From Bacilli bacterium (GTDB taxonomy: Bacteria; Bacillota_I; Bacilli_A; RFN20; DUOF01): DNA of 56,154 nucleotides. Below, in pieces: positions 1 to 9,159 of this stretch. The position numbers were made by a program, and so were the translations under genes. The notes beneath the pieces are model-generated. The model saw nothing but the letters and a program-made list of their open reading frames with translations. It was not told the DNA's origin and made no database searches. The DNA lies in NCBI GenBank assembly GCA_045612885.1, contig JAZKZZ010000005.1:1-56154 (forward strand), in the 5' to 3' direction. Each line of letters starts with the position of its first letter. The first letter of the stretch is position 1.

Positions 1-1
1 T

Positions 2-316
2 CTTATTTTAATGGCATTTGGAATCACTTATACTTTAGGTATGTCTGCGATTATAAATGAGAATATTAAGAAAACAAAAAAAGATATCATTGGTGATAAA
101 ATGGATATTAAAGAGTTTGATGAATTAGTTAAATCAGGCCAAATAGATAAAATTGCAAAAGAATTGAGAATTGAAGGAAAAGAAGAATATAAGGATTATG
201 TGATGTATGATGATAATTCTTTAATTCCTCCGGCTCAATATCCAGGATATGAAGATCATCACTACTATGATGGTTCTATGGAAAGATATCAAACAAAAAA
301 TCATAAAAAAAGATAA
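2..316 (+). CDS. hypothetical protein, probable C-terminal fragment (frame open to window edge)
   Basis: The frame of ORF 11..316 stays open back to nt 2. There is no purine-rich RBS in the 10 nt before ATG-11 and no recognisable family motif. Confidence 0.35.
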   Translation, partial: LILMAFGITYTLGMSAIINENIKKTKKDIIGDKMDIKEFDELVKSGQIDKIAKELRIEGKEEYKDYVMYDDNSLIPPAQYPGYEDHHYYDGSMERYQTKNHKKR

Positions 317-344
317 TAAACTTTCGACATAAATATTCGAATGT

Positions 345-373
345 TTGAAAATGATTAGAGTAAATGATACTAT
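345..373 (+). promoter_or_regulatory. candidate sigma-A-type promoter (TTGAAA - 17 nt - TACTAT)
   Basis: Hexamers read at 345-350 and 368-373 with a 17-nt spacer. This argues that the downstream CDS starts at ATG-399 rather than TTG-345. Confidence 0.35.
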
Positions 374-398
374 TATATATAATAGGGAAGTGTTGAAG

Positions 399-848
399 AT
401 GAAGAATGAGTATAGTTTTTTGGATGATATGTCTAATGAAGAATTAGTTAAATTTCTTGAAGGCTTAAAAGAGTTGATTGATGAGGAAAAGAAGACAATA
501 GATCCTATAATATATAAGAAATACCCTAGATATGTAGAACTAAAGACTATGTTAAAAGTTGCTAAAGAAAGAGAAAACTTTTTAAGATATGTTAATCCTG
601 ATGCAAAAGCTGATTATTATTTAGGAATCATTGATTGGCCATATCGAGGAAGTAGAGAAGAAATAGAAGAGATTGAAGCAACGATTAAGAAAATAGAGGA
701 AGAATTAAAAGAGATAAATTTTCCTGTTAGTCAATTAAATAAATATGAAACATTTTATCGCTTTGTAAAAATATATACTTATGGAACTAGTCTGTTAGAT
801 GCTCGTTTGAATAAAAATGGGAATCAAAATGATAAAAATATAAGATAG
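399..848 (+). CDS. hypothetical charged/coiled-coil protein (paralogue of the next gene)
   Basis: ORF track 345..848. In-frame ATG at 399 is preceded by GGGAAG with 8-nt spacing. The C-terminal segment REEIEEIEATIKKIEEELKEINFP resembles PEEIQKLKKELNKVNEKIEKIEMP of the next ORF. Confidence 0.5.
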   Translation: MKNEYSFLDDMSNEELVKFLEGLKELIDEEKKTIDPIIYKKYPRYVELKTMLKVAKERENFLRYVNPDAKADYYLGIIDWPYRGSREEIEEIEATIKKIEEELKEINFPVSQLNKYETFYRFVKIYTYGTSLLDARLNKNGNQNDKNIR

Positions 849-863
849 AAGGAGGATTAAATT

Positions 864-1517
864 ATGAATAGGATATCGCTAGAAGAAGAATTAGCAGTAG
901 TAAAGAGATTCAGTAATGATGAGTTAAGAACTGTGTCTCAAAGTCTTCCTGAACTATTAGAATTTTACAAAAGAGAACTAAAAGAACAATTAGAAATAGA
1001 GAAAAGTAAAATAATATATGGAAAAAGAGACTTAAGTAGAAAAGATAATACACCTATAATCTTTCCTACGCTTAAACTTCCAGAACCCAAACCACTTACA
1101 CAAGATCAAATAGAGTACGATGAGTATTTATATAAATTTGATGGAGAAGTAGATATTGAAAAAATATACAAAGAATATTTTAAATATATGGATAAATATG
1201 CTTTGTTGATTGAAAAACGAGAAGATTTAAGTGAAAAATTAGCGCATGCAACTGAAAAAAATCCATATTATTATGACTATGCATATATTGGATATAGCAC
1301 TAAATCTACACCTGAGGAAATTCAAAAACTTAAAAAAGAACTTAACAAAGTAAATGAAAAAATAGAAAAAATTGAGATGCCTAAAATTATTGTGGATTTG
1401 TTTGAACGTTATTCTGTATATGTGTTAACTTGTAAATATAAAGAAATTTTAAAAGAAATGCAAGGAAGAGGAATTCCTCTTCCAAAAAAAGGTAATGGAA
1501 ATAAAAGGAATAGTTAA
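864..1517 (+). CDS. hypothetical charged/coiled-coil protein (paralogue of the previous gene)
   Basis: 217-aa ORF with strong RBS GAAGGAGG 7 nt upstream. No known motif. Architecture is shared with 399..848. Confidence 0.6.
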   Translation: MNRISLEEELAVVKRFSNDELRTVSQSLPELLEFYKRELKEQLEIEKSKIIYGKRDLSRKDNTPIIFPTLKLPEPKPLTQDQIEYDEYLYKFDGEVDIEKIYKEYFKYMDKYALLIEKREDLSEKLAHATEKNPYYYDYAYIGYSTKSTPEEIQKLKKELNKVNEKIEKIEMPKIIVDLFERYSVYVLTCKYKEILKEMQGRGIPLPKKGNGNKRNS

Positions 1518-1531
1518 ATGCTATTCTTTTT
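1507..1531 (+). terminator. weak intrinsic terminator
   Basis: GAATAG / CTATTC stem with a 7-nt loop followed by TTTTT. Overlaps the stop codon of the upstream ORF. Confidence 0.4.
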
Positions 1532-1601
1532 AATTTAATAAATTAATTGAATGAATTTAAGAATTAGTGTATGATTAAAAGGTACGAGGTGAAAAGAAAT
1601 A

Positions 1602-3728
1602 ATGAGTAAAAGAGTTTTTGAAAAAGACTTTCAAGGTAGAAAGTTAGTTGTAGAAACTGGTGAAATTGCAAAACAAGCTGATGGAGCTGTTTTAGTTAGA
1701 TATGGTGATACTGTTGTTTTATCAACGGCAGTTGCAGCAGATGAAGCTAAGGATACAGATTTTTTCCCTTTAACTGTTACGTTTGAGGAAAAGTTATATT
1801 CAGTTGGTAAGATTCCTGGTGGATTTTTAAGAAGAGAGGGGAAACCTAGTGAACATGCTACTTTAAGTGCTAGACTTATTGATAGACCAATTAGACCTAT
1901 GTTTGCTGATGGATTTAGAAATGAGGTTCAAGTAGTAAATACTGTTATGTCAGTAGATAAGAATAATACTCCTGAAATGACTGCTATGTTTGGATCAAGT
2001 TTAGCTTTATCTATTAGTGATATTCCTTTTGATGGACCAATAGCTGGAGTATATGTTGGTAGAGTAAATGGTAAATACGTTATAAACCCAACAGTAGAAG
2101 AAATGGCTAATAGTGATATTGAGTTAGCAGTTGCAGGTACTAAGACTGCTATTAATATGGTTGAAAGTGGAGCTAAAGAAGTTAGTGAAGATGCTATGCT
2201 TGGTGCTATTATGTTTGGACATGCTGCTATTAAAGAGTTGATAGCTTTCCAAGAAGAAATAGTTAAAGAAGTAGGAAAAGAAAAAAGACATATTGAATTA
2301 TATGAAATTGATAGTGCATTAAAGGCTGAAGTGGAAGCTAGTGCTAAAGATAGATTAATCAATGCTGTTAGAATTAAAGAAAAACTTGAAAGATATGGAG
2401 CTATTGATGCTATCAATGCTGAAGTAGAAGCGAGTTATGAAGAAAAAGCATATGAAAGCGAAGATGCTAAAAAGAAAGTAATTAAGCAAGTAAAAGAAGT
2501 TTTACATGATATTGTAAAGGATGAAGTAAGAAGATTAATAACTGAAGATAAAGTTAGACCAGATGGAAGAAAGATTACTGAAATCCGTCCACTTAATTCA
2601 CAAGTGGATTTATTACCACGTGTTCATGGTAGTGCCTTGTTTACTAGAGGTGAGACTCAAGTTATGTCTATTTGTACTTTAGGGTCATTAGGTGATGAAC
2701 AAATTTTAGATAACGTTACTGATGAAGAAACAAAAAGATTTATGCATCATTACAACTTCCCTCCATTCTCAGTTGGAGAAATTGGAAGAATGGGAAGCCC
2801 AGGAAGAAGAGAAATTGGACATGGAGCATTAGGTGAAAGAGCTTTAAGACAAGTTATTCCTAGTGAAGATATATTCCCTTATACTATAAGAGTTGTTAGT
2901 GAAGTATTAGAGAGTAACGGTAGTAGCTCACAAGCTTCAATTTGTGCTTCAACAATGGCGTTAATGGCTGCTGGAGTACCAATCAAATCGCCAGTTAGTG
3001 GTATTGCTATGGGATTGATTACTAGTGGACCACTTGATGGAAAACACCCATATACTATTTTAACTGATATTCAAGGTATGGAAGATCACTTAGGAGATAT
3101 GGACTTTAAAGTAGCAGGAACTAAAGATGGTATTACTGCTTTACAAATGGATATTAAAATAAAAGGAATTACTGAAGAAATATTAAAAGAAGCATTGGCA
3201 CAAGCTAAAGTTGCTAGAGCAGAAGTATTAGAAAATATGCTTGGAGCTATTAAAGAAGTTAGACCTGAATTAAGTAAATATGCACCTAAGTTTGTAAATA
3301 TGAATATTGATGTTGACAAGATTAAAGAAGTTATCGGTAAGGGTGGAGAAACAATTAACGATATTATTAGTAAGTGTGATCAAGTTAAGATTGATATTTC
3401 TCAAGACGGTTTAGTTACAATTTATCATATGGATATGGAAGCTATTAATAAAGCTAAAGCTATGATTGAAAGAATAGTAAGAGTAGCTAAAGTTGGAGAA
3501 ATTTATGATGCTAAAGTTGTTAGACTTGAAAACTATGGAGCCTTTGTAGAATTATTTGAAGGTTGTGATGCTCTAGTTCATGTTTCTAAGATTTCTCATG
3601 AAAGAGTTGAAAATCCTAGAGATGTTTTAAAAGCAGGGCAAGTAGTAAAAGTTGTAGTAACTGAAATTGATGAAAAAGGAAGAGTAAATGCTTCAATCAA
3701 AGATTTACTAAAAAAAGAAGATAAATAA
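1602..3728 (+). CDS. pnp: polyribonucleotide nucleotidyltransferase (PNPase)
   Basis: 708 aa. Two RNase-PH-like halves, a KH region ([11 protein letters not shown]) and a C-terminal S1 domain ([20 protein letters not shown]). RBS GAGGTGA. Confidence 0.97.
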   Translation: MSKRVFEKDFQGRKLVVETGEIAKQADGAVLVRYGDTVVLSTAVAADEAKDTDFFPLTVTFEEKLYSVGKIPGGFLRREGKPSEHATLSARLIDRPIRPMFADGFRNEVQVVNTVMSVDKNNTPEMTAMFGSSLALSISDIPFDGPIAGVYVGRVNGKYVINPTVEEMANSDIELAVAGTKTAINMVESGAKEVSEDAMLGAIMFGHAAIKELIAFQEEIVKEVGKEKRHIELYEIDSALKAEVEASAKDRLINAVRIKEKLERYGAIDAINAEVEASYEEKAYESEDAKKKVIKQVKEVLHDIVKDEVRRLITEDKVRPDGRKITEIRPLNSQVDLLPRVHGSALFTRGETQVMSICTLGSLGDEQILDNVTDEETKRFMHHYNFPPFSVGEIGRMGSPGRREIGHGALGERALRQVIPSEDIFPYTIRVVSEVLESNGSSSQASICASTMALMAAGVPIKSPVSGIAMGLITSGPLDGKHPYTILTDIQGMEDHLGDMDFKVAGTKDGITALQMDIKIKGITEEILKEALAQAKVARAEVLENMLGAIKEVRPELSKYAPKFVNMNIDVDKIKEVIGKGGETINDIISKCDQVKIDISQDGLVTIYHMDMEAINKAKAMIERIVRVAKVGEIYDAKVVRLENYGAFVELFEGCDALVHVSKISHERVENPRDVLKAGQVVKVVVTEIDEKGRVNASIKDLLKKEDK

Positions 3729-3730
3729 GA

Positions 3731-3754
3731 AAAAGGCTTAGTGCCTTTTTTTTA
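3731..3754 (+). terminator. intrinsic terminator after pnp
   Basis: AAAAGGC ... GCCTTTT hairpin followed by a T-run. Confidence 0.8.
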
Positions 3755-3808
3755 TTTGAAATATTATACTTTCCATGTTAAAATCTAGTTTAGAAGAGGT
3801 GAAGATAT

Positions 3809-4120
3809 ATGGCAAGAAAATTAATGATTGGAATTAAAGAAAGTGCAAACAATGATCGAGGAGAAAGTAAATATAATCCTATAGCAATGATTGAAGAAAA
3901 TCCTAGTAAAATTAGTATTATGGATAAGAATTTATTTGCTTCAACTTGTTTAAAAATGCAACTTAAACTTTCTTTAAAATTAGTTGATGAGGATGAAGTA
4001 TATTGTGAAAATTTAAATCGTTTTTTAGTAGGAGAAGAAAGAATTCAAATTTTTGAAACTTTAAATGATTTTACCAAAGGATATCTTGAAATGAAACCTG
4101 GTATAAAAAGAAAGTACTAA
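3809..4120 (+). CDS. hypothetical protein
   Basis: 103-aa ORF with RBS GAGGTGA. No recognisable motif. Confidence 0.45.
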   Translation: MARKLMIGIKESANNDRGESKYNPIAMIEENPSKISIMDKNLFASTCLKMQLKLSLKLVDEDEVYCENLNRFLVGEERIQIFETLNDFTKGYLEMKPGIKRKY

Positions 4121-4123
4121 AGT

Positions 4124-4597
4124 ATGTTAGATTTTTATAATGATGTAGTCTTTGAAGTAAATCAAGAAGATATTCAAATATTTTTATCATCTTTACAACC
4201 AGTATCTGAGCAAGTTAAATTAGATACAATTTTAGATATTATCATTAATTGTGAGGGTGAAAATTGTTTCGATGTGATATTTGGACAGTTTGGTAATGAT
4301 GATTTGCAAGTTTTATTTAAACTAGAAGTTTCATCTGTATCATTTAAATTATATGAACATAGAAATGATGATAATTTTTTAGATGTATCATATAGTTGGA
4401 GAAAGTTTTTACTTAAAAAATATGGTAAGAAATATGCTGAATATTTTGCTTATAATTGGCAAGATATAGGAGAAGAATATTTAGAAACAGTTAATCTTAT
4501 GGAGAATTATTTACAAGAGGCTAAAAAGCAATATGAAGATGCAATAAAATCTTATGAAGAAGTACTTTGTGAGTTAGAAAATAATAAAACTAGATAA
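4124..4597 (+). CDS. hypothetical protein
   Basis: 157-aa ORF starting 3 nt after the previous stop (translational coupling). No recognisable motif. Confidence 0.5.
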   Translation: MLDFYNDVVFEVNQEDIQIFLSSLQPVSEQVKLDTILDIIINCEGENCFDVIFGQFGNDDLQVLFKLEVSSVSFKLYEHRNDDNFLDVSYSWRKFLLKKYGKKYAEYFAYNWQDIGEEYLETVNLMENYLQEAKKQYEDAIKSYEEVLCELENNKTR

Positions 4598-4646
4598 TAA
4601 GCCACCATTGGTTGTTTTTTATATATTTATAAAATAATATAAATAT

Positions 4647-4678
4647 TTGACAAGATTGCTAAGTTATGTTAGTATAAT
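4647..4678 (+). promoter_or_regulatory. candidate promoter of the rplU operon
   Basis: TTGACA at 4647-4652. Either TGtTAGTAT (extended -10, 17-nt spacer) or TATAAT at 4673-4678 (20-nt spacer). Confidence 0.5.
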
Positions 4679-4680
4679 TA

Positions 4681-4780
4681 GCGTTGTGCCTCTATTGAGG
4701 TCTACAACCGCACAAAAAAGGTTTTAAAAGCATAATGCTTACCTTAATGGCGAGTCTTAGTGCCAAAAGAAAATATTTAT
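4681..4780 (+). promoter_or_regulatory. structured 5' leader of rplU-prp-rpmA, candidate L21-type ribosomal-protein leader
   Basis: About 100 nt between promoter and RBS. Nested hairpins: GCGTTGT-GCCTC-TATT-GAGGT-ACAACCGC, then AAGGT..AAGCA-TAA-TGCTT..ACCTT. Firmicute rplU operons are known to carry an autoregulatory leader. Confidence 0.45.
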
Positions 4781-4794
4781 AGGAGGTGCATGTA

Positions 4795-5103
4795 ATGTAC
4801 GCAGTAATCGAAACTGGTGGAAAGCAAATTAAAGTTTCTAAAGGCGATTCAATCTTTGTTGAAAAATTAGATGTTAAAGAAGGAGAAACAGTTACATTTG
4901 ATAAGGTTTTACTTATCGGAGGAGAATCTAGTAAAGTTGGAGCTCCATATGTTGCTAACGCTTCAGTAACAGCTAAAGTTGAAAAGCAAGGTAAAGGAAA
5001 GAAAATAATTGTATTCAAGTATAAAAATAAAACTACTTACCGTAGAAAACAAGGACATCGTCAACCATATACAAGAGTAATCATTGAATCAATTAACGCA
5101 TAA
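4795..5103 (+). CDS. rplU: 50S ribosomal protein L21
   Basis: [15 protein letters not shown]-terminus. AGGAGG lies 8 nt upstream of ATG-4795, so the track start at 4786 is too early. Confidence 0.95.
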   Translation: MYAVIETGGKQIKVSKGDSIFVEKLDVKEGETVTFDKVLLIGGESSKVGAPYVANASVTAKVEKQGKGKKIIVFKYKNKTTYRRKQGHRQPYTRVIIESINA

Positions 5104-5105
5104 TT

Positions 5106-5417
5106 ATGATTAAAGTAACTATCGAGAAAAATAATACAAGATTTATTTCATTAGAGGTTAGTGGGCACTCTAACTATGATGAAAAGGGTAAAGATATTGT
5201 TTGTGCTGGTGTTAGTGCAGTTGTTGTGGGAGGACTTAACAGTTTAATCAACGAAGACAAGAATGCAATAATCTATGAGTGCAAAGAAGGATACTCTAGA
5301 GTTGATGTTAAAGATATCGATAATGATAATATCAATAAGATATTAGATGTAATAACTACTCAATTGTATACGATTGAAGAAAGTTATCCAAAGTTTATTA
5401 AAATAAAAGAGAAATAG
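5106..5417 (+). CDS. prp: ribosomal-processing cysteine protease Prp (YsxB family)
   Basis: Lies between rplU and rpmA. Has the GH...C signature ([21 protein letters not shown]). L27 downstream carries the cleavable N-extension. Confidence 0.9.
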   Translation: MIKVTIEKNNTRFISLEVSGHSNYDEKGKDIVCAGVSAVVVGGLNSLINEDKNAIIYECKEGYSRVDVKDIDNDNINKILDVITTQLYTIEESYPKFIKIKEK

Positions 5418-5428
5418 GAGGTAGAGTT

Positions 5429-5713
5429 ATGATTTTAAAGTTAGATTTACAATTATTCGCTTCTAAAAAGGGAGCAGGTTCTACTAAAAATGGAAGAGAT
5501 TCTGAGTCTAAACGTTTAGGAGCAAAGAAATCAGATGGGGAAGCTATTAATGCTGGTTCTATTATCTATCGTCAAAGAGGAACTAAGATCCATCCTGGTA
5601 ATAATGTAGGACGTGGTGGAGATGACACTTTATTTGCTTTAATTAGTGGATATGTTAAATTCGAACGTCTTGGTAAAAATAAGAAACAAGTTTCTGTTTA
5701 TCCAACTAAGTAA
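5429..5713 (+). CDS. rpmA: 50S ribosomal protein L27 (with N-terminal propeptide)
   Basis: [25 protein letters not shown], a Firmicute-type pro-sequence ending in ..LFA|SKK. Confidence 0.97.
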   Translation: MILKLDLQLFASKKGAGSTKNGRDSESKRLGAKKSDGEAINAGSIIYRQRGTKIHPGNNVGRGGDDTLFALISGYVKFERLGKNKKQVSVYPTK

Positions 5714-5718
5714 TAACA

Positions 5719-5740
5719 GCCCTTTTTTAAGGGCTTTTTT
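5719..5740 (+). terminator. intrinsic terminator between rpmA and obg
   Basis: GCCCTT-TTTT-AAGGGC followed by TTTTTT. Confidence 0.75.
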
Positions 5741-5758
5741 CAAATAGGAGGTAAGTGT

Positions 5759-7033
5759 ATGTTTTTAGATAAAGTTAATTTATATATAAGAGCAGGAAAA
5801 GGTGGTAACGGAGCCATCGCTTTTCATCGTGAAAAATATATTGATAGAGGTGGACCAAGTGGTGGAGATGGAGGAAGAGGCGGAAGTATCTTCTTTGTTA
5901 GCCGATCTGGATTAACTACACTTATCGATTTTAAATTTATTCATAAAATTATTGGTCATGATGGTGAAAATGGGCAAATAGAAAATAGATATGGCAAAAG
6001 TGGCGAAGATATCTATGTCAATGTTCCTGTAGGCACTGTTGTTACTGATAGTAAAACTGGTAGAGTTTTAGCAGATTTTGATAAACCTAATTTAACTATT
6101 GAGATAGCTAAAGGTGGTAAAGGTGGTAAAGGTAATGCTAAATTTGCCAATAGTAGAAATCAAACTCCTAAAATTGCTGAAAATGGTGATGATGGAGAAG
6201 AATTTGATATTTGTATGGAGCTTAAATTATTAGCGGATGTAGGGCTTGTTGGGTTCCCATCAGTTGGAAAATCTAGTTTACTTAGTGTATTAACTAATGC
6301 TAAACCTGAAATTGCAGATTATCATTTTACAACTTTAAAACCTAATTTAGGTGTTGTATCTATTCTTAAAGGATATAATTTTGTTATTGCAGACCTTCCA
6401 GGTCTTATTAATGGGGCAAGTCAAGGCAAGGGATTAGGATTAGATTTTTTGCGTCATATTGAAAGATGTAGAGTTATTCTTCATGTCATTGATATGTCTG
6501 CTCATGATGGTAGAGATCCATATCAAGATTTCTTAGATATTAATGAAGAATTAAAGAATTATGGTATGAGATTACTTGAAAGGCCTATGATTATCGCTGC
6601 TAATATGATGGATGTAGATGGTAGTGAATTGTATCTAGATTATTTTAAGAGCAAATTAGGAAATAAAAAAATAGAAATATTTCCTGTTAGTGCAATGACT
6701 AGAATGGGATTAGAGCCTTTAGTAAAAAGATTATATGAGTTAGTTCAAACAACTCCTGAATTTCCTCTTTATGTGGAAGAAGCAAAGGAAGTTAGTTATG
6801 AATATGTTGATGAGAATAAGCTTGAAATTACTCGCCATGGTGATTTATATATTGTAGGTGGAGATAAAGTTGATCAATTATTGAAGAAAATTAACACATC
6901 TACTAGCGAAGGTGTAAATAAAGTTCTATCTATTTTAAATAAAATGGGACTTGAAAAAGAACTAATTGCTAAGGGTATAAGAGAAGGAAATACAGTTAGA
7001 ATTGGTGATGTAGAATTTGAATATTATGAATAA
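5759..7033 (+). CDS. obg: GTPase Obg/CgtA
   Basis: Gly-rich Obg fold (GGDGGRGGS), G1 motif GFPSVGKSS, and a C-terminal OCT-type domain ending in RIGDVEFEY. Confidence 0.97.
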   Translation: MFLDKVNLYIRAGKGGNGAIAFHREKYIDRGGPSGGDGGRGGSIFFVSRSGLTTLIDFKFIHKIIGHDGENGQIENRYGKSGEDIYVNVPVGTVVTDSKTGRVLADFDKPNLTIEIAKGGKGGKGNAKFANSRNQTPKIAENGDDGEEFDICMELKLLADVGLVGFPSVGKSSLLSVLTNAKPEIADYHFTTLKPNLGVVSILKGYNFVIADLPGLINGASQGKGLGLDFLRHIERCRVILHVIDMSAHDGRDPYQDFLDINEELKNYGMRLLERPMIIAANMMDVDGSELYLDYFKSKLGNKKIEIFPVSAMTRMGLEPLVKRLYELVQTTPEFPLYVEEAKEVSYEYVDENKLEITRHGDLYIVGGDKVDQLLKKINTSTSEGVNKVLSILNKMGLEKELIAKGIREGNTVRIGDVEFEYYE

Positions 7034-7074
7034 CATGTTTATTTGTTTCATATATTTTTCTAGGGGGAAATATA

Positions 7075-7338
7075 ATGAAATTTCACATAGTTCAAGTTGG
7101 GGAGAGCAAAGAAAAAATTGCTAAATTATATAATATTGAAGTGGAGGAAATAACTAAACTTAATCCAACGATTAATAATAGAGAATTGATTATCGGTGAA
7201 AAGATTAGAATAGGAAGCAATGATAAAACAGTAGATGATATTTCTGAAATATATGTAGCTAATCAAAAAGAGTATATTGAAGAAGAAAAATATATCTGTC
7301 CACATTGCAAAAATATAATAATAATTCCTCATAAATAA
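7075..7338 (+). CDS. small LysM-domain protein with C-terminal CxxC
   Basis: HIVQVGESKEKIAKLYNIEVEEITKLNP...GEKIRIG is a LysM pattern. C-terminal CPHCKN. Confidence 0.7.
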   Translation: MKFHIVQVGESKEKIAKLYNIEVEEITKLNPTINNRELIIGEKIRIGSNDKTVDDISEIYVANQKEYIEEEKYICPHCKNIIIIPHK

Positions 7339-7360
7339 GAGCCATAGGCTCTTTTTTTTT
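7338..7360 (+). terminator. intrinsic terminator
   Basis: AGAGCC-ATA-GGCTCT followed by a 9-T run. Confidence 0.8.
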
Positions 7361-7413
7361 CTTATTATTGCAATCTTTGTAATAAAATGATAAAGTAAAA
7401 CTGAGGTGAAATT

Positions 7414-7812
7414 ATGTCACAACAAATATTTGAATCTACCATGAATAATATATTCTTTTGGGTAATATGGTTTTTTGAGTTAGTAGGAGCTGCAGTAATT
7501 ATAATAGGAGCACTTGTATGTATGGTTAAATATATTCAAAGCTTAATTAAGCATAAGAAGTTGCCACTTAAAATATTACTTGCTAATCAACTAGCTTTAG
7601 GATTAGAATTTATGTTAGTAGCAGAAATATTAAAAACAGTTGTTACTGAAAATCATAGTTTAGATGAAATAGTAGTTTTAGGTATGGTTATATTGCTAAG
7701 AGCGGGTGTAAGTATGCTTCTTCATTGGGAATTAAAGATTGAAGAGAAGAAAGATGAAGTGGATCATAAAAGATCATCTAGGTTAGCTAGTAAAAATAAG
7801 GATAATGCATAG
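7414..7812 (+). CDS. small integral membrane protein (DUF1622-like)
   Basis: 132 aa with hydrophobic helices. The pattern LANQLALGLEFMLVAEILKTVV recalls DUF1622. RBS GAGGTGA. Confidence 0.55.
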   Translation: MSQQIFESTMNNIFFWVIWFFELVGAAVIIIGALVCMVKYIQSLIKHKKLPLKILLANQLALGLEFMLVAEILKTVVTENHSLDEIVVLGMVILLRAGVSMLLHWELKIEEKKDEVDHKRSSRLASKNKDNA

Positions 7813-7825
7813 GAGGAGTTATAGT

Positions 7826-8992
7826 ATGTATAAAGTTTATGTTGACAAACCATTATTTTCAAAGGATAAGTTTTGGAAAAATATTGCTAATAATGAGAAA
7901 TTTGAAGTTGTATCTTACAATGGATTTTCTGATTTAGTTGTTAAATTAAGTTTAGAAGATAATAATATCATCTACTTATTTGATTATTCTACAAGTAATG
8001 ATTGTTATGAAAAAATTAGAGTTTTAAAGGGAAAATTTGCTTCATGTGCTCTTAATGTTGTTACTAATGGTGTTAGATTAGAAGCTAAACATTTAAATAG
8101 ATTAGGGGTTAATGCTACATTAAAAGCTAATAGTAGTGCTGATATTAATGACTCTTTAAATAATTCTGTAAACTTAATTGATTCATATACAAGTGAAAAT
8201 TATGTTCATGTTGAAGATGGAGAAATTGAATATAAAGATGTAAGTGTTATTAGTGTTGTTGGTACAAGTGGAGGCGTAGGTAAGACTACTGTTGCTACTA
8301 ACTTAGCTGCTAGTTTTGCAGAGTTTGGTTTAAAAACTTGTTTAGTAGATTTTAGTTTACAATTTGGAGATGTAGGATTATTTACTAATATTAAACCTAA
8401 TTTTACTGTATATGATTTATTATTAAATAATAAAGATTTCACACCTAACTTAAATTTATTTATCGAACATGTAAATGCTAATTTATTTGTTCTTCCAGCT
8501 CCAGTATTACCTGAGCAAGCTGATTATATAAGTAGATCAATGGTATCTAAATTAATTCGTAATTTATCTACTGCTTTTGATGTTATTATTTTTGACACCC
8601 CTGCACTTGTTAATGATTTATGTTTAGAGTTATATAAACTATCTCAACAATTAGTATTAGTAACTACTAAAGATTTATCTTCATTAAAGAATGCAAAGTT
8701 AGCATATGATATTATGGATAAATTAGGTGTTAGTGATAAGGTTAAGTTAGTTCTTAATAAGTATGATTCACCTAAATTTGTAGTAGAAAATGAAGCGGTT
8801 AAAAAGATGCTTGGAATTGATGTTATAAGTGCTATTCCTCATACTAATACTGTGACTGCTAATTCTATTAATATGGGAGTTCCATTTATCTATGCATATC
8901 CTAAAGAACCAATTAGTGATGCTATAAGAGAATTAATGTCTAAAGTTAGATTTAACTGTATAGTAGGAGATTATAATATTGAAAAGAAATAA
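7826..8992 (+). CDS. MinD/ParA-superfamily ATPase with N-terminal receiver-like domain (TadZ/CpaE-like)
   Basis: P-loop VVGTSGGVGKTTVATNLA, then DFSLQFGD and FDTP motifs. About 150-aa N-terminal domain. AGGAGG precedes ATG-7826, so the track start at 7805 is unlikely. Confidence 0.7.
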   Translation: MYKVYVDKPLFSKDKFWKNIANNEKFEVVSYNGFSDLVVKLSLEDNNIIYLFDYSTSNDCYEKIRVLKGKFASCALNVVTNGVRLEAKHLNRLGVNATLKANSSADINDSLNNSVNLIDSYTSENYVHVEDGEIEYKDVSVISVVGTSGGVGKTTVATNLAASFAEFGLKTCLVDFSLQFGDVGLFTNIKPNFTVYDLLLNNKDFTPNLNLFIEHVNANLFVLPAPVLPEQADYISRSMVSKLIRNLSTAFDVIIFDTPALVNDLCLELYKLSQQLVLVTTKDLSSLKNAKLAYDIMDKLGVSDKVKLVLNKYDSPKFVVENEAVKKMLGIDVISAIPHTNTVTANSINMGVPFIYAYPKEPISDAIRELMSKVRFNCIVGDYNIEKK

Positions 8993-9066
8993 TCTTTCTA
9001 TTATTTCAATAACTACATTAATTATATTATTAATGATTAGTGTATTATATTATTTAGTTATTTTAT

Positions 9067-9095
9067 AAGATGGGTTAATACTCATCTTTTTATTT
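9067..9095 (+). terminator. possible intrinsic terminator
   Basis: AAGATG ... CATCTT stem with a 10-nt loop and a T-run. Confidence 0.35.
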
Positions 9096-9159
9096 TCTAT
9101 AAAATTGACTTTTTAATAGTTAAAGTAATATCATTAAGATGATATTAAGGAGAAGTATA

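Noticed and set aside
1928-2416. 162-aa minus-strand ORF inside pnp (similarly 3086-3319)
   Set aside because: Antisense shadow ORF entirely within a confidently identified gene. Low-complexity Ser/Leu/Ile-rich translation and no RBS.
4692-5018. 108-aa minus-strand ORF overlapping the rplU leader and rplU
   Set aside because: Overlaps a conserved ribosomal protein gene and its structured leader. No RBS and an implausible composition.
8993-9159. Possible c-di-AMP (ydaO-type) riboswitch upstream of ktrB
   Set aside because: The gap is only about 165 nt, very AT-rich and partly taken by a terminator. None of the conserved G/C-rich pseudo-symmetric helices of that riboswitch class are visible.
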